DNA of 64,000 nt, from NCBI RefSeq assembly GCF_964355755.1, contig NC_092672.1, forward strand, positions 22,519,237-22,583,236. The letters run 5' to 3'. This DNA comes from Antedon mediterranea. Lineage: Eukaryota > Animalia > Echinodermata. The notes beneath the pieces were generated by a model that worked only from the letters and a program-made list of their open reading frames with translations, was not told the DNA's origin and ran no database searches. A program made the position numbers and the translations under genes. How positions within the stretch are numbered: position 1 is the first letter of the stretch; the number at the start of each line of letters is the position of its first letter. Positions 1 to 13,000 of the stretch are shown piece by piece.

Positions 1-349
1 ATATTGTTAGTTTTACATGATTTGTTTATAATAAAATTTAAAATTTGGATTTCATATTCATTGACATGAAACTTACTCATGCGTGAAAACCAAATTAAAG
101 CTGAAAGAGCTCCACAAAGACTCTGAATTCTTACAGTGTAATGGATGTTAAGTTTTATTGTACAACAATTGTATTATTGTTTGTATTGTGAATACAAATT
201 GGTACGACAGCACACGCATGTAAAAATTGAATTGTGTCAATATTCATTTTTCTTTCAACATATACAGTAGACAATTTGCGGCATTTGACACAACCTTGAT
301 ACTGGTGGTAGTTCCTGGATTAACATATTTAATCCTGACATGAACTGTA

Positions 350-1037
350 TTATAACCTAACTGGACCATGATACAGCAAACCAAGTAACACAATACCAAA
401 AGCTATATCAACTGCAGGAGTTGTTGCAACTTGTACAAACTTGTTAATGATGGTAGTAGTTCCTTGATTTACAGGTTCCTCTTCAACACGTCTACCATTC
501 TGGTGCTCACTAATTATTGGTTTATGTGTACCACATTGTTCATTTGAGCTCTTCTTTTGAGATATTTCATCCCCATCTTTCTTTTGTTCAATGTTAACTA
601 TTGTATTTCCTTCACTTCTACCACTATTACAGTTCACGTTACCATTTTCATGAAATTGTATTCTATTGTTATTTACATTTTCTGGTTCTTCAATTTCATT
701 GACGCTCTTATCGGAAAACTTATCTCTTTTGTCTTGATCTTCAACTTCTTTGGTATCTTTACTGGTAAACTTATCTGTCTTGTCTTCAACTTCTTTGCTA
801 TCTTTACTGGTAAACTTATCTCTCTTGTCTTGATCTTCAATTCCTTTACTGGTAAACTTATCTCTTTTGTCTTGATCTTCAACTTCTTTGGTGCCATTGC
901 ATTGAACTAATCACTGACAGGTTACTGTCATGAGGTTCATTATCCAATGATACTGCTGACAGTATACCTTCTGTTAATATGCTATTGTTTTGTTGCGATT
1001 GTTCATCATTGCATTCTTGCACATCAGAATCAGCAAA
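350..1037 (-). CDS. MYO19: Terminal tail exon with frame discontinuity (stop at 879-881 in the entry frame; second frame open 910-350)
   Basis: Acceptor TTTTTACCAG at 1038. FADSDVQEC... stops after 52 aa. The overlapping frame encodes charged [15 protein letters not shown] repeats and a hydrophobic C-terminus. Confidence 0.6.
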
Positions 1038-4000
1038 CTGGTAAAAATAAATGTTAAATTGTATTAAATTGTATCAAGAAAAAAAAAATTAGATTAAAAA
1101 TCATAAATTGAATGTTTATGATTTGAATACGGAGAATATTTCATGAAAATTAACTGATTGACCATTTAATGAGGCGGAACCAAGCACAGACAATCTCTCA
1201 GTAAATGAAATATACTCTATTCAACATTATTAGTTTTATAGCACAGTACATATGATGATGTGTTATTTAACATCATTAAAGTACATGTAAATGAGGATGT
1301 GCTAGTGATGAAGGAACATACTTCACATTGTAAAGTTTGTTGGTGCAGCGAAGATTGAAAATTGCGAGTTTTAAGTAAAAGCCTACCTCGTCTGAATTCA
1401 ATTCATTTAATTGTTCATCTAACTTGCGTTGGTGTAAACGAATTGAATATCCAATCATAGCATACTGTATGACACGTGCTGCCTCATGTCGTCTCTTTAC
1501 ATCTTCTCTCACCTTCCAGCCTCTAAAACCTACAACATATCAATTCTAGTTAGTGACAATTAGTGGCTTGGTTTGGTAACAGCATGATGCCTGCAAGATA
1601 TTTGTCAAAACACTATTACAATCAATACCTGCTTGAATGATGACCACAGCTGCCTCTTGTTTACTTTTGGTTGCCAGGATCTTCCTCCACCATATTTGTA
1701 TTACACCAGCACTTAAATTGAATTCCTTCAATCTTGCAACTTCAAGTTTATCCAACTAAATAAAAAATAACGGAATATAATAAATATACAATGATGCAGA
1801 TTCTTACTTACTTTTTTACAAGCTAAAAGTATTATAATTTGATGCTACAACTTTTTCATAATGTTATAAGATAGGAATCTTACTGATTTTCAATGATTTA
1901 CACACATTTAACTGGGTAATAATTTTTAATAAAATGGTATTTTTTAAATTGTGTCAAATTATTTGTTCTTTTGATTTATATTTATATACTTTTTTAAAAA
2001 GAAAAATGCCTCAATTTTACATAATTATTTAGTTAATTTTGGTGAATTTCCTATCTCATTATTAAGTTATACGACAAAAATATTCCTGTAGCACTACTTT
2101 TAAAAATAAAGGTTTATTTCACAACACTCATTCAGCTCTACTGCACAGGTTTATATTATACAGATATTGCCTGCTTAGAGGTGAAATTCAACAATCGACA
2201 TTCCTGAGGGAATGATATTTTTCTCGAAGAACTATATATTACATCTGTTATATTAAAATATGTAGCAGTGTAAGTAGACTTGGCTGGGTCGGCAAGCCTA
2301 GTTCACCTTACCTTGGTGAAAAATGACCGTATAAAGTAAAATATTCACTTAAATTAATTAAAATTTAATTTATTCTACTGCAAATATAACATAATTAAAT
2401 TATTATTAAACTACTTTTAAGTACCTGTCCCTCTCTTAGGAATATCTTTGTTTTTCCAAACAAAAAGCTTTTCATTTTATTTTCTTTGTCTGCTTCAGCT
2501 AAAACCAGATTCGTACTAACAGCACATTTACTTTTTGTATCCAAATCTTTTACATCTTCTGAGTTTGACCTTATTAATAATTCATACCTCTTAAGAAAAT
2601 CACTGTACAACATTCTATAAGAAAATTGTCATTATCATTCAGAATCAAGTATAACAAACAACACACAGGCAAGTATGTTAGTAGGTGTTCAACATGTACA
2701 GTATGCACAGGGATATATATAGTATATATTATAAACAACACACTGGTAAGTATGTTAGTAGGTGTTCAACATGTACAGTATGTACAGGGATATATATAGT
2801 ATATATTATAAACAATACACTGGCAAGTATGTTAGTAGGTGTTCAACATGTACAGTATGTACAGGGATATATATAGTATATATTATAAACAACACACTGG
2901 CAAGTATGTTAGTAGGTGTTCAACATGTACAGTATGTACAGGGATATATATAGTATATATTATAAACATCACAGGCACAGAATAAATTCTATATCGCCCG
3001 GTGATATACTGAAATTCAATTAATTAATTTGAAACGATGAAGATGAGGAAATCTGTGAGAATGAGAGAAAGTCGCCTCCACCAAGATTCAAACCCGGAAC
3101 CTTCTGCTTGATGTCCTAACCATTAGACCACGGGGCTTTCATGGTATTGTTCAAACTCGATTGGATCGTCGTGGTAAGGCGGTATAGCACTAGTCCCTCA
3201 GTTGTACGCACACGCATCAGAGATCAAATTGATACGCCCTCATCTTTCAGTATATATATACATATATATATGTATTGTAAGTCCTAGAGCAAGCTGTTTA
3301 ATTGGGATTGTAATAGTAAAAAATACAGTAAAATACAAATTACAACAAATAAGAAGGTTGTAACATGTTTAGTGCAACCTATAAAACAATACAACACAGC
3401 CATTTTAGTTTTTGCTTAATTATTCAATATCGAAAACAAACAGGTGTAAGCTGACCTGGTAGGGAAGCCTGTTGCACTGATCTCAATTGTTTCAAGTTAA
3501 CTTAACTAAACAAGGGTATCCACCAGTCATAGATGGGTACATTGTTAGTGCAAAAAGACACAAAACAACAGCTGTGAGCTGACCTGGTAGGGAAGCCTGT
3601 TGCACTGATCTCAATTGTTTCAAGTTAACTTAACTAAACAAGGGTATCAACCAGTCATAGATGGGTACATTGTTAGTATAAAAAGAACACAAAACAATAG
3701 CTGTAAGCTGACCTGGTAGGGAAGCCTATTGCACTGATCTCAATTGTTTCAAGAACACCGCAAGCACGTAGTTGATTTATAACATGAACATTATCAAAGC
3801 TGTCTGGTTGACACTCAAGACTTGGTTTGATACAGCGGATGTAGTGAGGTGTTGTTTCATGTAAAGTATCCATAAGACTGTCCAATGAATTCTAAGATAT
3901 AAGATACAATTGTTAGATTGTTACCCCGAAGATTACATGTAAAAACGAATGTAATGAATGGTATCAACCAAAATAAGTATAAGTAAATACAAAATGAATT

Positions 4001-7000
4001 GAAGAAATATGTCTGATAATCAAAAAATAAAATATCTTGAATATATTATAAGTTACATTTTCAACAGAAGTAAAAAAAAATTGGGAAGCAATAATTTGAG
4101 TGATCTTGCAGATGTTTATTTGATTTATTTCAGCATCATAAAAAACAATTTACAGATAAAATACAATTAATATAATATACAGGAAACAAAATATGAAACA
4201 TCAACAATATACAAAAACAGGGATGCTGAGGATAACCCATAAAAGGGTCAAGAAAGCAAAAACAACAACAAAGCAAAAAACCTATCTAACTCCTAAAACA
4301 AGAGCTCAGTCTTGAAGGTATTTTTTTTAATTGATGTTCCATACTAAATTCATCAAGATTCTAAATTAAGTTTTGTATGAGTTCCAATTTTCAGGATTCT
4401 GTACCTTAAATGTTGATACCACTGTAGAAGTAGTCTTTTTGCCTTTTGTTTTACTTGGACTCTGAAAAAAAAAAATCATAAAATTAACCTATTTCAGGTT
4501 AAACAGAACTATTGACATAACTGACAAGATGCAAAGGCATTATAAATATCACACATTTATTCGGCATTGTTCTTTGTTTAAAAGTTTCATGATGTAACAT
4601 TGATGAAGACAGAACTTAAAAAGCAATGGTATAGTGTTAGTATGGTGTTAGTACATTGTTAGTTTGATGTTAGTATGGTGTTAGTACATTGTTAGTTTGA
4701 TGTTAGTATGGTGTTAGTATAGTGTTACTATGGTGTTACTACATTGTTAGTTTGATGTTAGTATGGCATTAGTATGGTGTTAGTATGGTGTTACTACATT
4801 GTTAGTATGGTGTTAGTATGGTGTTACTACATTGTTAGTTTGATGTTAGTATGGCATTAGTATAGTGTTACTATGGTGTTTAAAAACAAATGAAAAGATC
4901 AATCACCTGTAAACTGGTAACATCAGCATCAACTAGTTGTTGCACAAACTTCTTGCTGCTCATTCTAAGCAAATCTACAAGTTCTGCTGGAATACCATCC
5001 TAAAAACATCAAATGATACACAATAGATTAATTAGTAAATGAACATTCACCTGTGAACACTGCACATCAAATCTAATGAGCAAATATAATGTAATAGCAA
5101 TATAAGGTTTCCATTCAAAGTAAATATTATAGGGATGCTCAGAAAAAAAGCCATGGTAATAGGGCAGGAGGGCAAGTTGGTAAATTGATTGTTCGTTAAC
5201 TTGATGAAATTGTAATATTGGAGAGCATATGTGGTTAAATAGGTTGAAACACTCTTGTCGTTTTCTAAATAGAATTGTGTTAGTGAACCAATTCTTATTT
5301 TGATATAAAACCAGAGATATGTAATACTGTATGTAAGCTGAAGGCTGAGCACGTACTCCAGACTGAAAAAAGATGGCAGCCGTAAATGTGTTCAAAAACA
5401 TTATTTAACATAACAAATAATAATCTAATATAATACATTCACATATTCTTGTCAAAGAACAGTGAAGATTTATAAATCGCAATGGAATGAATAAATTCTA
5501 GGTAATCTAGCATTTTTGTATTTGAGGATCATATAGAATGCGTTCACGGTTATACGCTTAACACGCTGCATTGTGTATTGTTCTCACGCAGATAGGCTCA
5601 TATAGCACTGTGTACTGCGTAGGGCATATCTGATTGGTCGATTGAAAGCCGCTATTTTGTTGGTTCCCTCTCCATGGAGAATCACCTTTTGAACTAGCTG
5701 CGATAACTTTGTAGTTTGACATCTAGCCTTCGGCTATATAATATCATTGTATATTTGACTGTTGACCATTGTTTTTATTAATGACAGGCTAACCTTTAAT
5801 TTGTTCCTATACACTATGTTGTATTCTAAAGTTGATAGTTAAATTGTCCGGTCCTTCCTCCTTGATCTCACAACAAGTTTTGAATAAATGAGCTAAAATA
5901 GTTTAGCAAAAGCAAAAGCTTTTCCAACTTAAATTGTGTATCCTCTTCTTACACGGGTGATAGAGCATTACCTATAGCTACAAACAGCCATTGATACATT
6001 TTACTGTGGTATTTATTTTCAGTTATAAGATTATGAGAAATAAGTTTAAACGAAGCAGATGCACTATTCCATAATTGTAATGCTTTGAGAAACTATTTAT
6101 GACCTTCTAACCCCCTTTTTTTTATGTGAATATACTGTAAAACTGGCTTTCAGTTTTAAGTATATTACCTCATTCTTTTTAATTAGACCATCCACTTGGT
6201 ACGTAACTTTCTCTGCATAGTGATGCACAACAAAAGCTGGTGATGTCACTGATATATGTGCACGAGATAAGTTTGCACTGCTGATAGTGTCATGAAGAAA
6301 CTCACAAAACGAACTTGGATCTGAATGTCTGTTTAACTTGCATTGCTATAAACAAGATAAACTTGCAATTAGTTCATAGAAAGTAAATGACATAATAACA
6401 TGATTGTGATCTTAGATGGACAGTCTAAGCACAACAACTTGTAGTTTGCAACTGGTTGTGGTGCTACTGTACTTTTGCACCTAACTTGAAATCACTGGGC
6501 ATAAGGTCACTCACCATCACTGATGTGCAGCAGGTGAATATTTTTAAATTGGGGTTAAGCTTGAGGTGCAAAAGTACATCAGCACCAGGTTTTCTAGTGT
6601 AAACTAGGCTCAAAAGTCCATTGTTTATCTTCTTACAAACGACAGTTTATTTTTATGGAAAGACAAACTATGGTTTGTAAGACAAACTATGCCTGAATGG
6701 TATAAACCACTGTTTCTCAAAATGTCAAATTCAAAATACAAAAGAGTTATTATTTTACGACGTACTGTACTACAATTGAGAAATTCTCAATACATCTTTT
6801 TTTACAGCAGTTTATCTTAAATAATAAAAAGACAAACTACAGAATACAGGTCTTTTCCAACCATAATTGGCGAAAAACTATGACAAATTATTTTTTGTAT
6901 TTTGCTGTGGAATAGCAACACTTACTTGATTCATAAGTGCAAATATACTGATGTTGCCTTCAATAACATCAAGACATGTTTTATTGTCAGTAAAGTCTTC

Positions 7001-10000
7001 AAATTTCCATGGAATTCCCTCAGATTGACAGTCATCCTAAAATAATACAAACATGGCTGTTTAATCAGCAGTATGATTATGTTTATAAAGGTTCATCATT
7101 ATCACTGTTAGAGAAAAAAAGTGAATGATAATTCTCATCAACTTTAATTATTATTGTTATCTTAATTATTTTATATTATATTATAATTATACTAGTATTT
7201 TGATATTTTTTTTACAAGATTCATTTGATATAAACTAAATGAAGTGCCATAATATTTTTCTTCATTTTTTTTTTAAATAAAAGAACTTTTGTTATTATCA
7301 CTCTAATAAAACACCGTAGCACCAACTGTATATTAGCATACTCTATATATAGAAAATAAGTTTGTTGGAATACCTGTTCTGCTTTGAGGAAGTTGTGCAC
7401 AAAATGTTGCTGAAGCTTCTCATTTGCATAATTTATGCATAATTGCTCCAAACTGTTAAATGAAAAACTTTCAAATCCGTAGACATCCAGTAGACCAATG
7501 TAAGACTGCCAACTCCTGGCCATGGTACAGCCATTGATGAATCCAACGAGCCAATCAAAAACTCTGAAACGTTAAACCATAATTTAGTCACAGTCTTCAA
7601 AGCTAGTTTTTTTTTGGTAAAACCAAAGTGGGGTTGAAAAAGTTTGCATGTAAACATTTTCTCCTGTTACATACTAACTACATGACAAAGAAAGAAATTA
7701 GACAGAAAGAAGTCAGGCCATGACAGAAAGAGAGATTAGGCAAGAAAAAAAAATTAATTAAATTGACTAAGTATTAGAGTTTGCATGTACTCTAGTAGCT
7801 AGATCAACTTTCGTATGCACTTTGAGGTCCAGAGAATTTGACTTCAGAAATTGGTTTAGGGTGGTCAAACAATCAATTTTGGCTTGGTTACACATTTTGA
7901 AAATGTGGCGAAAGGTCAAAAGGTCAGGGTGAAAGGTTATAACACCAAACACCAACATGTCCTTAAATCTCGACAACCACTGGTCACAGCAAGGTAATTT
8001 TGGTCTCAAATTGATCAGAAGGTATACATTTATATTCAGTCTAATGGGACATTTTAGTAAAAAATGACCGGAAATGCCATTTCTGACCTTTGACCCACAA
8101 CTCAGGGCATGTATGTATCTCCGTAACTACTGGTCGTAGACACTTGAATTTGGTCTTAAACTGTTCGAAATATAGATTTTGTTATTTGTTACACATTTTG
8201 AAAAATGTTACAAAAGGTCAAAGAGTCAGGGTCAAGGGTTATATGAAGAAATATAAATAGCTACTTGTATCTTGGCAACCACTGGTCGCAGCAAGTCAAT
8301 GTTGGTCTCAAAATGTTCAGAAGGCATGCATTCATATTCAGTCTAATGGGGCATTTTAGTCAAAAATGATCAGAAATGCCCTTTCTGACCTTTGACCCAC
8401 ATACCAGGGCATCTTCATACCTCTGTAAGTACTGGTCGTAGAAACTTAAATTTGGTATCAAATTGTTGGAAATATACATATTTACATTCATTCTAACAGA
8501 AAATTTGGTGAAAAGATGATCAGAAATACTATTAATTACTAATGTTTCAAACAAAAAACATACCTCTACACAACTTATTCTGACAGGGCATCTTCATATC
8601 TCTGTAAGTACTGGTTGTAGAAACTTAAATTTGGTATCAAATTGTTCGAAATATACATATTTACATTCATTCTAATAGAAAATTTGGTTAAAAGATGACC
8701 AGAAATACTATTAATTACTAATGTTATTGTTTCAAACGAATAACATATTAGTAGAGGCTATATATAGTTTGACCTTGAAAAAATTCTAATAAAAGGTCTT
8801 TTGGTATTTTCTTGTAGCTTTAGGTGTCAATAATTACCAAAAAATTTTTGCAGCCTTCTAGTTGCTGCGTTAGTGAGATATTGAGGGTCAAAGGTCAGTG
8901 ACCTTTTTGTGGCATTTGATGGCTCATAATTCCTCAACTCCTGGGTTTAAAAAGACAAATGTGGTTTCTACATCTATGTTTTAGTGGTCAAACAACAAAA
9001 TAAAGTTTTTGCCAATTTCAGGTTACTTGTGCCATTGGTCAGATAGTCGGGTCAAAGGTCATTGACCTTTATTCATTAATAACTACTGCTAGTGTAGGAC
9101 CTGAGTAAGATTTGTATGCATTCAATTTAGGAGAAAATATCTCAACTGTTATAGGATAATTTGACCCCAAGGAACAATATGGGATATGTGTCAAATTCGT
9201 TATCTGGGGCGAAAATGCCCAAAATCGGGGTCAAGGGTTAGAAATGTGTGGTTCTTATATCTCGACAACCACTTGTCATACAGATTTGCTTTTGGTGTCA
9301 AATTGTTCAGAATATACATATTTATATTCAGTCTAACACAACTTTTACCCAAAAAAATGACCGGAAATGCTTTTACTGACCTTTGACCAAAAAACACATT
9401 TTTGGGTTAAATTATTATTTAAAATGTCAATGGACACACTGTATGGTATCAAATGAAAGCATATACAATATGCTACCCATTGCTACCCAACTTATATTGA
9501 ACATTTTTTAATTAGGAATCTAATCTTATGGAAAATGTGCCTAATTTGATTACTTTTATACAAAAAATGAATATTTAGTAGCGTAATTGTTGTGCTTATT
9601 TATATAATGTTAAATAATTTTAAATAAGTGTTTGGAAGAACTATTTGGTATCAAATAAAAGCCCATACAATATTCTATCCATTGCTATCCAACTTTTAAT
9701 ACAAATCTGTAATTATGATGCTACTTTGGTGAAAAATGTGCATATTTTATTGCTTTTTGACAAAAATGGGTATACATTACCAGATAATTTATTTTGGTTT
9801 ATTTATGATATTAAATAATTCAAATGTTTGAAAAGACATATTTGGTATCAAAGGAAAGCACATACAATATGCTACCTAACTTGTATATAATTATGTGATG
9901 TTATTTTTGGAAAATATGCATATATTTTATTAAATTTAGACAAAAATGAGTATAAATTAATGTAAGTTTATTTTGGGTGAAATAATTCTAGCGTTGTAAT

Positions 10001-13000
10001 GAAATTTGGTATAAAAAAGAAAAGAATTAGTTGTAGTTTATTAAGTTCTTTATTTGGTAGACCAAACAAAATGGCATTGCAGTAGTCTAACCGTGATGTT
10101 ATTAGTGCATGGACAAGTTTAATAAGCGAGGAGTGGGTTAAGGATTTGCGAATTGATCTTATGTTACGAAGGTGGTAGGTATCAGATTTACTAATGTTGT
10201 TGATATGTCTGGACATAATCATTGCTGAGTCAAATACAACTCCGATATATCTAACCTCCAACGATGATGTGATTGATGTTTCTAGCAATGGCCAATTTCT
10301 TGAAGTGTTTTGAATGAATAAATAAGATTTCTGTTTTACCAGGGTTAAAAAGAGCATGTTTTTAGTTAGCCAATCCTGAACATCAACAACACAAGCTTCG
10401 ATAACCGACTTCGCCTCATTAAACTCTGCTGAATTAAAGCTGATGTATCATCTGCGTACACATGATATTGGACACAATGTCTCTTAATGATATCACTCAT
10501 GGGCGAGGTGTAAACTAAAAACAATACTGGACCCAGTATTGATCCTTGATGAACACCGCATTTCAGGTCGATAGAGGCGGATTTGACATTACCAATCTGG
10601 ACCTGCTGCTTCCTAGAAGACAAATATGACTTGAACTAATTTAGAGCAGATCCACGGATACCAATAGACGAAAGTCTTGCAATAATAATGGAATAGTCCA
10701 TGGTATCAGAAGCTGCCGACAGGTCGAGGTACACAGAAAAAAGACAATTACCTTTATCCAGAGCTAAAATTATATCATTATGCACCTTGAGAATGGCTGA
10801 CTCTGTACTGTGGCGCTTTTTATATGCTGATTGAAGAGGGTTGAACAGATTATTGTCGTCAAGAAAATGTATGAGATCTAAAGCAACGCATTTCTCAAGG
10901 ATCTTAGATAAGAAAGCGACATTAGAAATAGATCGAAAATTTGCCATGCAAGTATGTGAAGGCGTCTTTAAAATAAGTGTAACTAGACCCAACTTCAAAT
11001 CATCAGGAAAGGTCGTACCAGTTGATAAAGATAAATTAATAATAATTCTAAATGCTGAAATCAATTATGCACATTTTCCATAAAGTTATATTCCTAATTA
11101 AAAATGTTTAATACAAGTTGGGTAGCAATGGGTAGCATATTGTATATGCTTTCATTTTATACCATACAGTGTGTCCATTGACATTTTATGGAATAATTTA
11201 ACCCGAAAATGTGTTTTTTTGGTCATTTTTTGGTCAAAGGTCAGTAAAAGAATTTCCGGTCATTTTTTGGGGTAAAAGTTGTGTTAGACTGAATATAAAT
11301 ATGTATATTCTGAACAATTTGACACCAAAAGCAAATCTGTATGACAAGTGGTTGTCGAGATATAAGAACCATACATTTCTAACCTTTGACCCCGATTTGG
11401 GCATGTTCGCCCCAGATAACGAATTTGGCACATATCCCATGTTGTTCCTTGGGGTCTAATTATCCTATAACAGTTGAGATATTCTCTCCTAAATTAAATG
11501 CATACAAATCTTACCAAGGTCCTAGACTAGCAGTAGTTATTAATGAATAAAGGTCAATGACCTTTGACCCGACTATCTGACCAATGGCACAAGTAACCCG
11601 AAATTTGCAAAAACTTTATTTTGTTGTTTGACCACTAAAACATAGATGTAGGCACAACATTTGTCTTTTTAAACCCAGGAGTTGAGGAGTTATGAGCCAT
11701 CAAATGCCACAAAAGGTCACTGACCTTTGACCCTCAATATCTCACTAACGCAGCAACTAGAAGGCAGCAAAAATTTTTTTGTATTTATTCACACCTAAAG
11801 CTACAAGGAAATACCAAAAGACCTTTTATTAGAATTTTTTCAAGGTTACATAGGATAAATGTCACATATAGCCTGTACTATATCTCTACACAACTTATCC
11901 TTGGACAGTAATGTTTTGCAATAACTTATGCTTTAAATTGTTTCAAACGAATTATACGATTTAAAACAAATCCTTTACTGTTTGTAATTGTATTTTTGCT
12001 TATAATAATGCTAGAAAGTATTTTTGACCCCCGAGGATGATCAAACATTTTGATAGAAACGTTGAGCCCAACAGAATTCTTTTCAGAATGCTAAAGTAGC
12101 TTACCGAATTCATCCTAATAAACGCCCCGGCATTTATTGTTCAGAAGGGATTTTTCGTTTTTTATTGGTGTAATATGGTATGTATAATCAAATAAATACT
12201 ACCTACAGCAGAAAAAAAAAATACAGCACAATTATTATCAAAAAGTGATACAAAATGCTTGGTAAATTGTAGATTATGGTAGTCATTGAAATGTGTTGTG
12301 ATACAATTATTAGTCGCATGCAACGCAACTCTACAGCTCACTATGTCGGTCGGTTGGTCGGTAAACACTAACAAAAATTTGAGCACGCGACTGCAGCCAT
12401 GTATATGGCCTTGTTGTGTATATGCTTGTGGGAGTCGAATCGAAGGGAGGGGTGAGCGTTTATTTAAAATGTTTCTGTCTTTTAGAATAAAAGTGACACT
12501 GTCACAGGCTCCATTTAACGAATCCTCTCCAGGTGCCAGTATATAATGATATAAAACAATGACATCATTATCCTGAGACGCTATATGAGACACGATTACA
12601 CAATTTGTCATCTGTTTTGTTTGTAACTACAATTTGTCAACAATCAACACGTCTTTTGCATATATGCCAATACATAGTTTCAATATGTCCAGCTTTCCTG
12701 ATAACACCCTTGTGTACTGTAGTGTATTGTAGTATGATTTTATCATGATTTTAAAATACACTTCTGATGCTTTTATTGTCAATGCATTTAGTACTTAAAA
12801 AATAAAAAAACCTAAGTTTCTAGTGGTATTGATAATAAATCTCCAGAAATATTGTTTTATTATGTACACTGGGAACAGACGTGTATAAATTATGTATAAT
12901 TTGTCTGTGACATTCAAAAATATTATACAACAGAATGATGACAATGAATTGGTCTATTATAGTTGTCTCCGATACCTTTTCAATATCATGATTGTACTTG

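Noticed and set aside
557-910. Plus-strand hydrophobic 117-aa ORF
   Set aside because: Antisense shadow of the charged repeat in the myosin tail exon.
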